Origin: Candidatus Saccharimonadota bacterium
GTDB taxonomy: Bacteria; Patescibacteriota; Gracilibacteria; UBA4473
Assembly: GCA_020632335.1 (NCBI GenBank)
Contig: JACKFV010000002.1
Location: 1-32,000, forward strand
DNA: 32,000 bases
Direction: 5' to 3'
Shown here one piece after another: positions 1 through 7,176 of the stretch. The notes under the pieces were generated by a model. It was given only the letters and a program-made list of their open reading frames with translations. It searched no databases and had not been told where the DNA came from. The position numbers and the translations under genes were made by a program. How positions within the stretch are numbered: position 1 is the stretch's first letter; each line of letters begins with the position of its first letter.

Positions 1-333
1 GATGAACCGCACTCCTGGGCCGAACTCCCGCTCTATCTCGTCTGCGGTGGTGGGGGTGTCCTCGATGACGTCGTGCAGCAGGCAGGCGATGAGGGTATCT
101 AGGTCTGGTTTGATCTGCAGGAGGATCATGCTGGCCTCCACCGGGTGCATGTAGTAGGGCTCGCCGCTCTTGCGTTTTTGGTCCTTGTGGGCCCCATAAC
201 CGAACCAATACGCCCGGGTGAGGCGGTCGCGGTCTATCATGGTGAAGTCCGGGTAGTAGGCCTCCACTGCGGTGAGAAGCCGCTCCAGCCCCGCGGCAAA
301 GTCGTCTCTGGTGCTATAGCTTGGGTCTGCCAT
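1..333 (-). CDS. RelA/SpoT-family (p)ppGpp synthetase/hydrolase, N-terminal HD domain (gene continues off the left edge)
   Basis: Manual minus-strand translation from ATG at 333..331 gives MADPSYSTRDDF...AHKDQKRKSGEPYYMHPVEASMILLQIKPDLDTLIACLLHDVIEDTPTTADEIEREFG. This carries the RelA/SpoT HD signatures (SGEPY..HP and LLHDVIEDT). It is absent from the ORF track because no stop lies inside the window. Confidence 0.8.
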   Translation of the reverse strand, partial: MADPSYSTRDDFAAGLERLLTAVEAYYPDFTMIDRDRLTRAYWFGYGAHKDQKRKSGEPYYMHPVEASMILLQIKPDLDTLIACLLHDVIEDTPTTADEIEREFGPGVRFI

Positions 334-351
334 GGCGCGTATGGTAGGGGG

Positions 352-1482
352 TTAGCGCGCGCAGTCGAGCAAAATCTGCGTAGCGGTAGCCAGGTCTTCT
401 GCGGTGGTGGTGGGCCCCATACTCAGCCGCCAGAGCCGCTCGGCCTCTTTATTCGTCATCCCCAGAGCCAGCAACCCCTCACTGACGGTACTGCTGCCAC
501 TGGTGCAGGCTGGCCCGGCGCTGAGCTCCAGCCCTGCTATATCTGCCCGGATGGTGAGCTGCTGCGCGGTGAGCACCGGGTGCCTGCCGGTGAGGATATG
601 CGCGGCGGTGTGCTCCAGCGGGAGGGGGAAGTGGTAGTGCCCCCTGAGGGCCTCTCGTAACTGCTGCTGGTACTGGGTATAGCGGGTGTGGAGAGCGTGC
701 TGGAGAGGGGCGAGGAGCTCCAGCGCGGTAGCCAGCGCTATGGCCCCCAGGGTGTTGGGCGTGCCGGGGCGCAGGCCCCACTCCTGGCTGCCGGTGTGGA
801 GCGGTGAGAACGGCGTACCCTTGCGCAGGAGCAGCAGGCCCGTGCCGGCTGGGGCACCGAGCTTCTCGCTGCTGAGGACGGCGATGTCTGCGGGGGTCTC
901 TGGCCAGCGGAGCAGTTTCTCGGCCGCGCCAGCGCAGTGGTCTAGCACGATGAGGGGCCGCTCGGCCTGGAGTGACTGCAGCGCCGGGAGCAGGGCATTG
1001 GGGTCATTGCGGCTGCCGGTGAGGCTGCTGACGTCATCTACCACGATGAGCTGCACGGGCAGAGGGCTGCGGTCTGCGTGGGAGAGGGTGGGGAAATCCC
1101 ACTGGCCGGTGGGGGTGAGTGGTATGGGGAAGGGAACCAGCCCCCACAGCGGCGAGAGCGTCATGAGGGCGTCTCTGGCCCCTGGGTGTAGCAGCGGACT
1201 ATACAGAGCGTAGCCGGCCCGCCCCTGCTGGTGGAGCGCTCGCATCACTCCCATAAGCCCCAGCTGCAGCGCCTCGGTACCCCCACTGGTGAAGAGAATC
1301 TCCTCCACCCGGGCCTGCAGCAGGCGGGCTATGGTAGTACGAGATTCATCCAGCAGCGCGCGGCTATACCGGCCAGAACGGTGCACTGACTGCGGGTTGC
1401 GGAGTGGTTCTCGTACGGCATCCAGCCGCTCCCAGACCTCGGGGAATACCACTGTATGCGCCGCGTGGTCCAGGTATACCAT
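352..1482 (-). CDS. Class V aminotransferase, NifS/IscS-like cysteine desulfurase
   Basis: ORF 352..1608. The N-terminus MVYLDHAAHT, the FTSGGTEA motif, the PLP-lysine region SSEKLGAPAGTGLL and the C-terminal active-site loop SAGPACTSGS..LLALG resemble group I cysteine desulfurases. I chose the start at Met43 (1482) because the longer ORF would overlap the divergent gene. The residue before the PLP lysine is Glu rather than the usual His. Confidence 0.8.
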   Translation of the reverse strand: MVYLDHAAHTVVFPEVWERLDAVREPLRNPQSVHRSGRYSRALLDESRTTIARLLQARVEEILFTSGGTEALQLGLMGVMRALHQQGRAGYALYSPLLHPGARDALMTLSPLWGLVPFPIPLTPTGQWDFPTLSHADRSPLPVQLIVVDDVSSLTGSRNDPNALLPALQSLQAERPLIVLDHCAGAAEKLLRWPETPADIAVLSSEKLGAPAGTGLLLLRKGTPFSPLHTGSQEWGLRPGTPNTLGAIALATALELLAPLQHALHTRYTQYQQQLREALRGHYHFPLPLEHTAAHILTGRHPVLTAQQLTIRADIAGLELSAGPACTSGSSTVSEGLLALGMTNKEAERLWRLSMGPTTTAEDLATATQILLDCAR

Positions 1483-1569
1483 TGGCCGCAGCGTACTGGG
1501 CTGAGGCCCCGGGGCAATGATTCTGCATGATTTTCTACCCATTTGCTGCACTATCTCTACCATAGGGCT

Positions 1570-2448
1570 ATGAACCTCTCGGATATCTTCTCGCCACTTC
1601 GTCGGCATCGTGCAGCGGTGCTGGTCATGACGCTTGTGCTGGGGCTGGGGCTCTTTGCTCTGCTGGTGTGGGCTCTACCATCCGTGCAACGGCTGACCCT
1701 CTATGCCACCGTGCAGCCCCTGGGGGAGGAGGCCAACACGACGCACTACTACGCGGCGGAGGGGGCTGAGCGCATGGCCGAGACCATGGTGGGGTGGGTG
1801 AAGGATCCGGCATTTCGAGAGGAGATACAGCGCGCTGCTGGCGTAGCGATACCCGATATGAAGCGCAAACTCTCGGCACGGAAGCAAAACCGGGCCAATG
1901 TCTTCTTTACGCTGAAGATCCCCGCAGAGATAGCCACGAGCGACACGGCGCTGGCCAAGGCGCTGGAGACGGGGCTGGAGGAGAGTCTCTCTGGCTATAG
2001 CGTGGCGGCCAGTGCGGACTATGGGCTCTTTGCTGTGCGGACCTACAGCGAGCCCTGGAGTATCCCTCAGCGTTGGCTGGCCATTACGGCGCTCTTTATG
2101 GCGCTGGTGCTGAGCATTCTCTTGGTCTACCTCTGGGAGCTGTGGCGTGGGGTAGTCTCTTACCTGTGGCAGGTGGAGGCGCTCTTCCCACTCTCCCCTG
2201 TGCTGCAGGTACATACGCCCGCAGATGGGGAGCTGCTGCCGGCATTTATGAACCAGTTTGCGTCGCCACGGCTCATCGGTACGCCGCCCAAGTGGCACAG
2301 CCAGTGGGAGCTCCATACGCTTGACAGCCTGGACGCGGAGGGAGACACGCCTGTCATTGTGGTGGAGCTGGGGCGTACACGGCTGCAGGAGGTAGCGAAC
2401 TTGCGGAGTATCTGCGGGGAGGACGCCGGGGTGGTGGTCGTGGGCTAG
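1570..2448 (+). CDS. Hypothetical membrane protein with Wzz/chain-length-determinant-like topology (TM, soluble loop, TM, short C-terminal tail)
   Basis: ORF 1543..2448. Hydrophobic segments are AAVLVMTLVLGLGLFALLVWAL and WLAITALFMALVLSILLVYLW. The composition is protein-like, unlike the Arg/Pro-rich antisense ORF 1675..2583. The start at MNLSD (1570) is a guess. Confidence 0.5.
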   Translation: MNLSDIFSPLRRHRAAVLVMTLVLGLGLFALLVWALPSVQRLTLYATVQPLGEEANTTHYYAAEGAERMAETMVGWVKDPAFREEIQRAAGVAIPDMKRKLSARKQNRANVFFTLKIPAEIATSDTALAKALETGLEESLSGYSVAASADYGLFAVRTYSEPWSIPQRWLAITALFMALVLSILLVYLWELWRGVVSYLWQVEALFPLSPVLQVHTPADGELLPAFMNQFASPRLIGTPPKWHSQWELHTLDSLDAEGDTPVIVVELGRTRLQEVANLRSICGEDAGVVVVG

Positions 2449-2464
2449 GGCTCTGTAGCGCTCG

Positions 2465-2998
2465 TTATAGAGGGGATTCTGCTGCAGTGAGCCAGCTGGA
2501 GCAGTACCCTGCCCATGCTGCTTTTTGGCTCTCAGAGAGCTCCGCATAGGGGACAAAGCGCTGCTGACAGTGTTTGCTACCACACTTGCAGACGTCTGCT
2601 GTCATATAGATCTGCTGGCGATCCGTCATACCATAGTGCCAGAAGAGCTGTTCTCCGGCCTTTATATCACGCATAGCCACCACGTCATAGAGCCCCCGGA
2701 TGCCACAGTTGGGCTCACAGGAGTGGTTGATGTACCTTCCTAGAGTATGTGGATCTCCATCTCGCCAGAGCGTAGGACCGCACTGGAGTGCGTATATAGC
2801 GGCGTCTCCGGGGAGATCTTGGGGGGTTGCTGCTTCGGAGAACTCCCCATAGAACCCTGCCAGGTGTGTGTCTTTGGGGATGTCTTGTGTGGTGAAGACT
2901 CCTCGGCCAAACCGAGAATCTGTGCGGAGCTCCAGAGCCGGGTGATCGGGGAGAGGGGATGGCGTCGTAAGGCTCTGTATCTTAGGAGAAGTTTTCAT
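2465..2998 (-). CDS. SET-domain protein (putative protein lysine methyltransferase)
   Basis: 177-aa ORF with GRGVFTTQDIPKDTHL, the RYINHSCEPNC motif, the ELxF/WxY-type motif (EQLFWHYG) and a Cys-rich post-SET-like stretch (CKCGSKHC). Confidence 0.85.
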   Translation of the reverse strand: MKTSPKIQSLTTPSPLPDHPALELRTDSRFGRGVFTTQDIPKDTHLAGFYGEFSEAATPQDLPGDAAIYALQCGPTLWRDGDPHTLGRYINHSCEPNCGIRGLYDVVAMRDIKAGEQLFWHYGMTDRQQIYMTADVCKCGSKHCQQRFVPYAELSESQKAAWAGYCSSWLTAAESPL

Positions 2999-3021
2999 AG
3001 AGATAGAGAAATTATGCGGTA

Positions 3022-4398
3022 TTACGAGAGCACGTAGGTCTCTCGCAGGTAGGGGAGGAGCTCGCGTACATGGTGGCGGGTCTGCTGCATGGTGTCGCGG
3101 TCACGCACGGTGACGGTGCCGCTCTCCAGCGTTTCATAGTCCACCGTTACGCAGGCGGGGGTACCGGCTTCGTCTTGGCGACGGTAGCGCTTGCCGATGC
3201 TCCCACTCTCGTCCATCACTCCATACCCCAGCGGGCTGAGTGATTGCCAGATCTCCTGGGCTTTTTCGCTCAGGCCGTCTTTCTTCATAAGGGGGAGCAC
3301 CGCTACCTTATAGGGAGATAGCTGCGCCGGTAGCTGCATCACCACCCGGGTAGAGCCATCATCAAGCGTTTCCTCGGTATAGCCGTGGTCCAGGAGTGCC
3401 AGCAGGTTGCGGTCTACCCCCCAGGTGGTCTCCACCACATGCGGTATGTACTGCTCGCCGGTGTGGGGGTCACGGTAGCGCAGGTCCTTACCACTGAGGG
3501 ACTGGTGCTGCGTGAGGTCAAAATCCGTGCGGTAGTGCAGCCCCATGATCTCCTTAGTGCCAAAGCTAAACCGAAACTCCCGGTCCTCGGCCTTCTGAGC
3601 ATAGTGGGCCAGCTTATCCGCCGGGTGCTCGTATACGCGGTAGTCACTGGGGGAGAAGCCGAGCGTTGCCAGCCAGGCGTCTTGCGCGGTGGCCCAGTCA
3701 GCGTAGATGCTCTGCCAGGTCTCGGGGCGGATGAAATGCTGGATTTCCATCTGCTCGAACTCCAGCCGACGGAAGAGGAAATTCCCGGGGGTGATCTCAT
3801 TGCGGAAGGCCCTGCCCTCATTCGCAATGGCGAAGGGCACCTGCACGCGCTGGGTCTGGGTGACATTCTTGAACTCGAGGAAGATGGCCTGTGCGGTCTC
3901 GGGCCGGAGGTATGCGGTGGAATCCTCGCCGGTTTTGCTCAGCTGGGTCTGGAACATGAGGTTAAACTTGCGTACTTCGGTGAGGTCCTCACTGCCACAG
4001 TGGGGACATCGTAGGTGGTGCTCGCGGATGATACCCGTGACGCGCTCGTCGCTCATGCCCTCGCAGTCTATGCCCAGCGCGTCCTCCACCAGGTGGTCTG
4101 CGCGGTGGCGGGCTTTGCAGGTCTTGCAGTCCACCATCTGGTCATTGAACCCCGCTACGTGCCCGCTGGCATGCCAGGTCTTGGGGTGGAGGATAATATC
4201 GCCCTCTATCCCCACCACGTCTGGCCGACGCTGAACAAAGGTCTGCCACCAGAGGTTTTTCAGGTTCTTCTTGAGCTCTACCCCCAGTGGCCCATAGCTG
4301 TAGGAGCCCGTGAGCCCGCCATAGATCTCACTCCCGGGGTAGACAAAGCCGGTGGATTTACAGAAGGAAACGAGGGTCTGGAGGTCCTTTACGGCCAT
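3022..4398 (-). CDS. glyQS: Glycine--tRNA ligase, dimeric (alpha2) class II type
   Basis: 458-aa ORF. The N-terminus FCKSTGFVYPGSEIYGGLTGSYSYGPLGVELKKNLKNLWW is diagnostic of GlyQS, and an anticodon-binding C-terminus is present. Confidence 0.95.
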   Translation of the reverse strand: MAVKDLQTLVSFCKSTGFVYPGSEIYGGLTGSYSYGPLGVELKKNLKNLWWQTFVQRRPDVVGIEGDIILHPKTWHASGHVAGFNDQMVDCKTCKARHRADHLVEDALGIDCEGMSDERVTGIIREHHLRCPHCGSEDLTEVRKFNLMFQTQLSKTGEDSTAYLRPETAQAIFLEFKNVTQTQRVQVPFAIANEGRAFRNEITPGNFLFRRLEFEQMEIQHFIRPETWQSIYADWATAQDAWLATLGFSPSDYRVYEHPADKLAHYAQKAEDREFRFSFGTKEIMGLHYRTDFDLTQHQSLSGKDLRYRDPHTGEQYIPHVVETTWGVDRNLLALLDHGYTEETLDDGSTRVVMQLPAQLSPYKVAVLPLMKKDGLSEKAQEIWQSLSPLGYGVMDESGSIGKRYRRQDEAGTPACVTVDYETLESGTVTVRDRDTMQQTRHHVRELLPYLRETYVLS

Positions 4399-4418
4399 AG
4401 GCAGTGCATTACGCTGGC

Positions 4419-4446
4419 AGTATGGTGACTTCTCTGGGCTTGTCGA
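4419..4446 (-). promoter_or_regulatory. Putative sigma70-type promoter of glyQS (TCGACA-N16-CATACT)
   Basis: On the minus strand, TCGACA lies at 4446..4441 and CATACT at 4424..4419, with a 16-nt spacer. The ATG follows 20 nt downstream. Confidence 0.45.
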
Positions 4447-4470
4447 GTGTATATTTTTTTATAAAAAGTA

Positions 4471-4498
4471 TTGACTTCTCTATATATATCTCTATAGA
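4471..4498 (+). promoter_or_regulatory. Putative promoter of the HTH gene (TTGACT-N16-TATAGA)
   Basis: TTGACT lies at 4471..4476 and TATAGA at 4493..4498, inside an AT-rich divergent intergenic region. Confidence 0.4.
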
Positions 4499-4522
4499 GT
4501 GTGTGTGTTTACATATAAACAT

Positions 4523-4879
4523 ATGACAACTGATCAGACCATCATCGATTCTATCCAGCAGCTCTGCCTCCGTCAGGGGGTGAGTAAGGCGGATATCGGG
4601 CGGCTCCTTGAGGGCCGGCTGGGGAAGGAAACCGACAGCTACATGACCTACTACAAGCGCGGAGAGATGTTCTTGGCCGGCAAAGGCGCGGTGAAGGTGG
4701 GGGACTTGCAGCGCATTGCAGAGCACTTTGGGGTAACGATGGAGTACTTCCTTGGCAGTAAGGAGGCTGCAAAGGGAAGCAAACCAGAGCAGCAACTGGC
4801 AGAAATCCTCAGTACTATGGGTCTGAGCGCGAGTGAGCGCACGGTAGTACTGAAACAAATAGAGGCGCTGCGGGGCTAA
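4523..4879 (+). CDS. XRE/Cro-like helix-turn-helix DNA-binding protein
   Basis: ORF 4499..4879. The segments [17 protein letters not shown] ... [17 protein letters not shown] fit the HTH_XRE pattern. I took the start at the ATG at 4523 (MTTDQTII). Confidence 0.6.
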   Translation: MTTDQTIIDSIQQLCLRQGVSKADIGRLLEGRLGKETDSYMTYYKRGEMFLAGKGAVKVGDLQRIAEHFGVTMEYFLGSKEAAKGSKPEQQLAEILSTMGLSASERTVVLKQIEALRG

Positions 4880-4911
4880 AAAAATGCCGAGAAAATCTCG
4901 GGGGAGAGCGG

Positions 4912-4939
4912 TTGACACCGAGCCCGCGGGCCATACAAT
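4912..4939 (+). promoter_or_regulatory. Strong sigma70-type promoter (TTGACA-N16-TACAAT) upstream of the ATPase B gene
   Basis: TTGACA lies at 4912..4917 and TACAAT at 4934..4939. This promoter sits inside the long version of ORF 4884..6332, which argues for the internal ATG at 4962 as the true start. Confidence 0.6.
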
Positions 4940-4961
4940 CCCGACGTTTTATACCCACGTT

Positions 4962-6332
4962 ATGCAAAAAACCTATACGAATATTCAGTCTATCCAGGGG
5001 CCGCTGCTGGTGGTGGAGGGGGTAGATGGGGTGACCTATGAGGAGCTGGTAGACGTGACGGACCAGACGGGGCGTGTGCGGCGCGGGCGCGTGCTGGAGG
5101 TGCATAAGAGTCGCGCGCTGGTGCAGATGTTTGAGGCTACACAGGGCATGAGCACCACGGGGCTGAAGGCGAAATTCCTGGGGCAGACGATGAAACTGGG
5201 GGTGAGTATGGACATGCTGGGCCGGGTATTCAACGGGGCAGGACAGCCACTAGACGGTGGCCCGAATATCATCCCTGAGAAGCAGGTGGACATCAACGGA
5301 GCGGCCATCAACCCCTATAGCCGGAAGATGCCCAAGCAGCCGATCATCACGGGGGTGTCGTCCATCGACGTACAGAACACTCTGGTGCGCGGGCAGAAAC
5401 TGCCGGTGTTCTCGGGTGCGGGGCTGCCCCATGCGGATATAGCCGCGCAGATAGCGCGTCAGGCCTATGTACCTGACGACGGCGGCGAGAAGGTGGAGTT
5501 TGCTATTGTCTTTGGGGCGATGGGGGTGACCTTTGAGGAGGCGATGTTCTTCCAGAAGGAGTTTGAGTCCACCGGCGCGATTGACCGGGCGGCGCTCTTC
5601 CTCAACACCGCCGCGGACCCAGTGGTAGAGCGGATAACCGTGCCACGCCTGGCGCTTAGTTTTGCGGAATATCTGGCCTTTGAGAAGGACATGCACGTGC
5701 TGGTGATCCTCACCGACATGACGAATTACGCTGAGGCTCTGCGGGAAGTGAGTGCCGCGCGGAAGGAGGTACCGGGGCGACGCGGCTACCCGGGCTACTT
5801 GTATACGGACCTGGCGACTATCTACGAGCGGGCGGGGCTCATCCAGGGGAAGAAGGGGTCAGTGACGCAGGTGCCTATTCTCTCCATGCCGGAGGACGAC
5901 GTGACCCACCCGGTGCCGGACCTCACGGGCTACATCACCGAGGGGCAGCTGCGCCTGGACCGTGCTTACCACGCTAAGAAGCTCTCGCCGCCCATCACGC
6001 CTATGGGGTCGCTCAGCCGTCTGGCTAAAGAGGTGCAGGGCAAGCGCACGCGGAAGGACCACGGTAAGGTAGCCGGGCAGATAGCGGCTTGCTATGCTAA
6101 GGGGGTGGAGATGCGCGAGCTGAGCGCGGTGCTGGGGGAGAGTTCGCTTAGCGATATGGACAAGACCTACCTGCGGTTTGCGGATGCGTATGAGAATACT
6201 TTTGTGAATCAGGGTTACGAGACTTTCCGCACACTGGAGGAGTCGCTGGACCTGAGCTGGGAACTGATGCGGATGTTCCCCAAGAGTGAGCTGAAGCGCA
6301 TCTCGCCCGACGTGCTGGACGAGTACTACTAG
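4962..6332 (+). CDS. atpB: V/A-type ATP synthase subunit B (non-catalytic)
   Basis: [33 protein letters not shown], the degenerate P-loop FSGAGLPH and the C-terminal [20 protein letters not shown] are all typical of NtpB/AtpB of V/A-ATPases. Confidence 0.9.
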   Translation: MQKTYTNIQSIQGPLLVVEGVDGVTYEELVDVTDQTGRVRRGRVLEVHKSRALVQMFEATQGMSTTGLKAKFLGQTMKLGVSMDMLGRVFNGAGQPLDGGPNIIPEKQVDINGAAINPYSRKMPKQPIITGVSSIDVQNTLVRGQKLPVFSGAGLPHADIAAQIARQAYVPDDGGEKVEFAIVFGAMGVTFEEAMFFQKEFESTGAIDRAALFLNTAADPVVERITVPRLALSFAEYLAFEKDMHVLVILTDMTNYAEALREVSAARKEVPGRRGYPGYLYTDLATIYERAGLIQGKKGSVTQVPILSMPEDDVTHPVPDLTGYITEGQLRLDRAYHAKKLSPPITPMGSLSRLAKEVQGKRTRKDHGKVAGQIAACYAKGVEMRELSAVLGESSLSDMDKTYLRFADAYENTFVNQGYETFRTLEESLDLSWELMRMFPKSELKRISPDVLDEYY

Positions 6333-6365
6333 TCGGCATTGGGCAGATTTGTCTATTCTTCTGGC

Positions 6366-6394
6366 TTGTGATCCGCTCGGGTTTCTTGTAGACT
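6366..6394 (+). promoter_or_regulatory. Putative promoter (TTGTGA-N17-TAGACT) of the TIM-barrel gene
   Basis: TTGTGA lies at 6366..6371 and TAGACT at 6389..6394. The ATG at 6415 follows 20 nt later. Confidence 0.45.
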
Positions 6395-6414
6395 GGAGCT
6401 GAAGCCTTGTACTC

Positions 6415-7152
6415 ATGCTGCTGCTGTCTTCTGCCTCTATGCCCCATTATGGGATCGAACGCTTCTTTCGGTTTGCGCTGCAGGCGGGGTTTGAGGGGGT
6501 GGAGATCAACATTGACGAGCGCTTTGACACCCATGATGCGGCGTATTTGAAGGAGCTGGAGGGGGACTTCCGGCTGCCGGTGCGGAGCTTTAGCCTGACG
6601 GCGACCAATACGGAGAAGTACCTGAAGGCCTACCAGAAGTGCGTGCGGGAGTTCCCGGGGGTGCGGCTGGCGCTGCATTCGCCCGAGCTTTTTGGCTTTG
6701 AGTACCAGAAGTGGCTGCAGAAGATAGCCCCCAAGCTGGCCAGTAAGTACGGCCTCACGCTCTGTCGGGTCAACGCGCCGCTGCGGTTTTACTTCGGGCT
6801 GATACCCCAGTACTCGCAAAATTCGCTCCCGCAGCTGATGAAAGCGCCGGCTGTGGGGCTGGATATCGCTGCGCTGAGCTCCACGAGTGTTGAACCCAGC
6901 GAGGCCATCCGCAAGGTGGGGGAGCGGCTCGCGCAGGTCTACCTGACCAACATCCGCCAGGAGGTGCCCAACAGTCCGCCGCAGGACGGCCGCATAGCCA
7001 TTGATGAGGTCCTCAAGCAGCTGAAGAAACAGCAGTACGCGGGGGATCTGGTGGTGTATATCGCGCCGGAGCAGCTGGGGGAGGGTGATGACGAGCGCAT
7101 GCTGAAGACGCTGAAGGAGGCCGCCAGCTACTGCAAAAAGCACTGGAAGTAA
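6415..7152 (+). CDS. Sugar phosphate isomerase/epimerase (xylose isomerase-like TIM barrel)
   Basis: 245-aa ORF. ERFFRFALQAGFEGVEINIDE and the alternating beta/alpha pattern resemble the AP-endonuclease-2/xylose-isomerase-like TIM-barrel family. The specific function is unknown. Confidence 0.7.
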   Translation: MLLLSSASMPHYGIERFFRFALQAGFEGVEINIDERFDTHDAAYLKELEGDFRLPVRSFSLTATNTEKYLKAYQKCVREFPGVRLALHSPELFGFEYQKWLQKIAPKLASKYGLTLCRVNAPLRFYFGLIPQYSQNSLPQLMKAPAVGLDIAALSSTSVEPSEAIRKVGERLAQVYLTNIRQEVPNSPPQDGRIAIDEVLKQLKKQQYAGDLVVYIAPEQLGEGDDERMLKTLKEAASYCKKHWK

Positions 7153-7176
7153 CCCGCTCTGCCGGTATAGATGAGG

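Noticed and set aside
6148-7143. Long antisense or alternative-frame ORFs. Examples: 6148..7143 (-), 15125..16066 (+), 1675..2583 (-), 4409..4918 (-), 18280..19002 (-), 26002..26772 (+), 11504..12280 (+), 3385..4014 (+).
   Set aside because: Each lies opposite or out of frame with a gene that has clear family signatures. Their translations are Arg/Pro/Ala/Gly/His-rich with low complexity, as expected for spurious ORFs in roughly 60% GC DNA.
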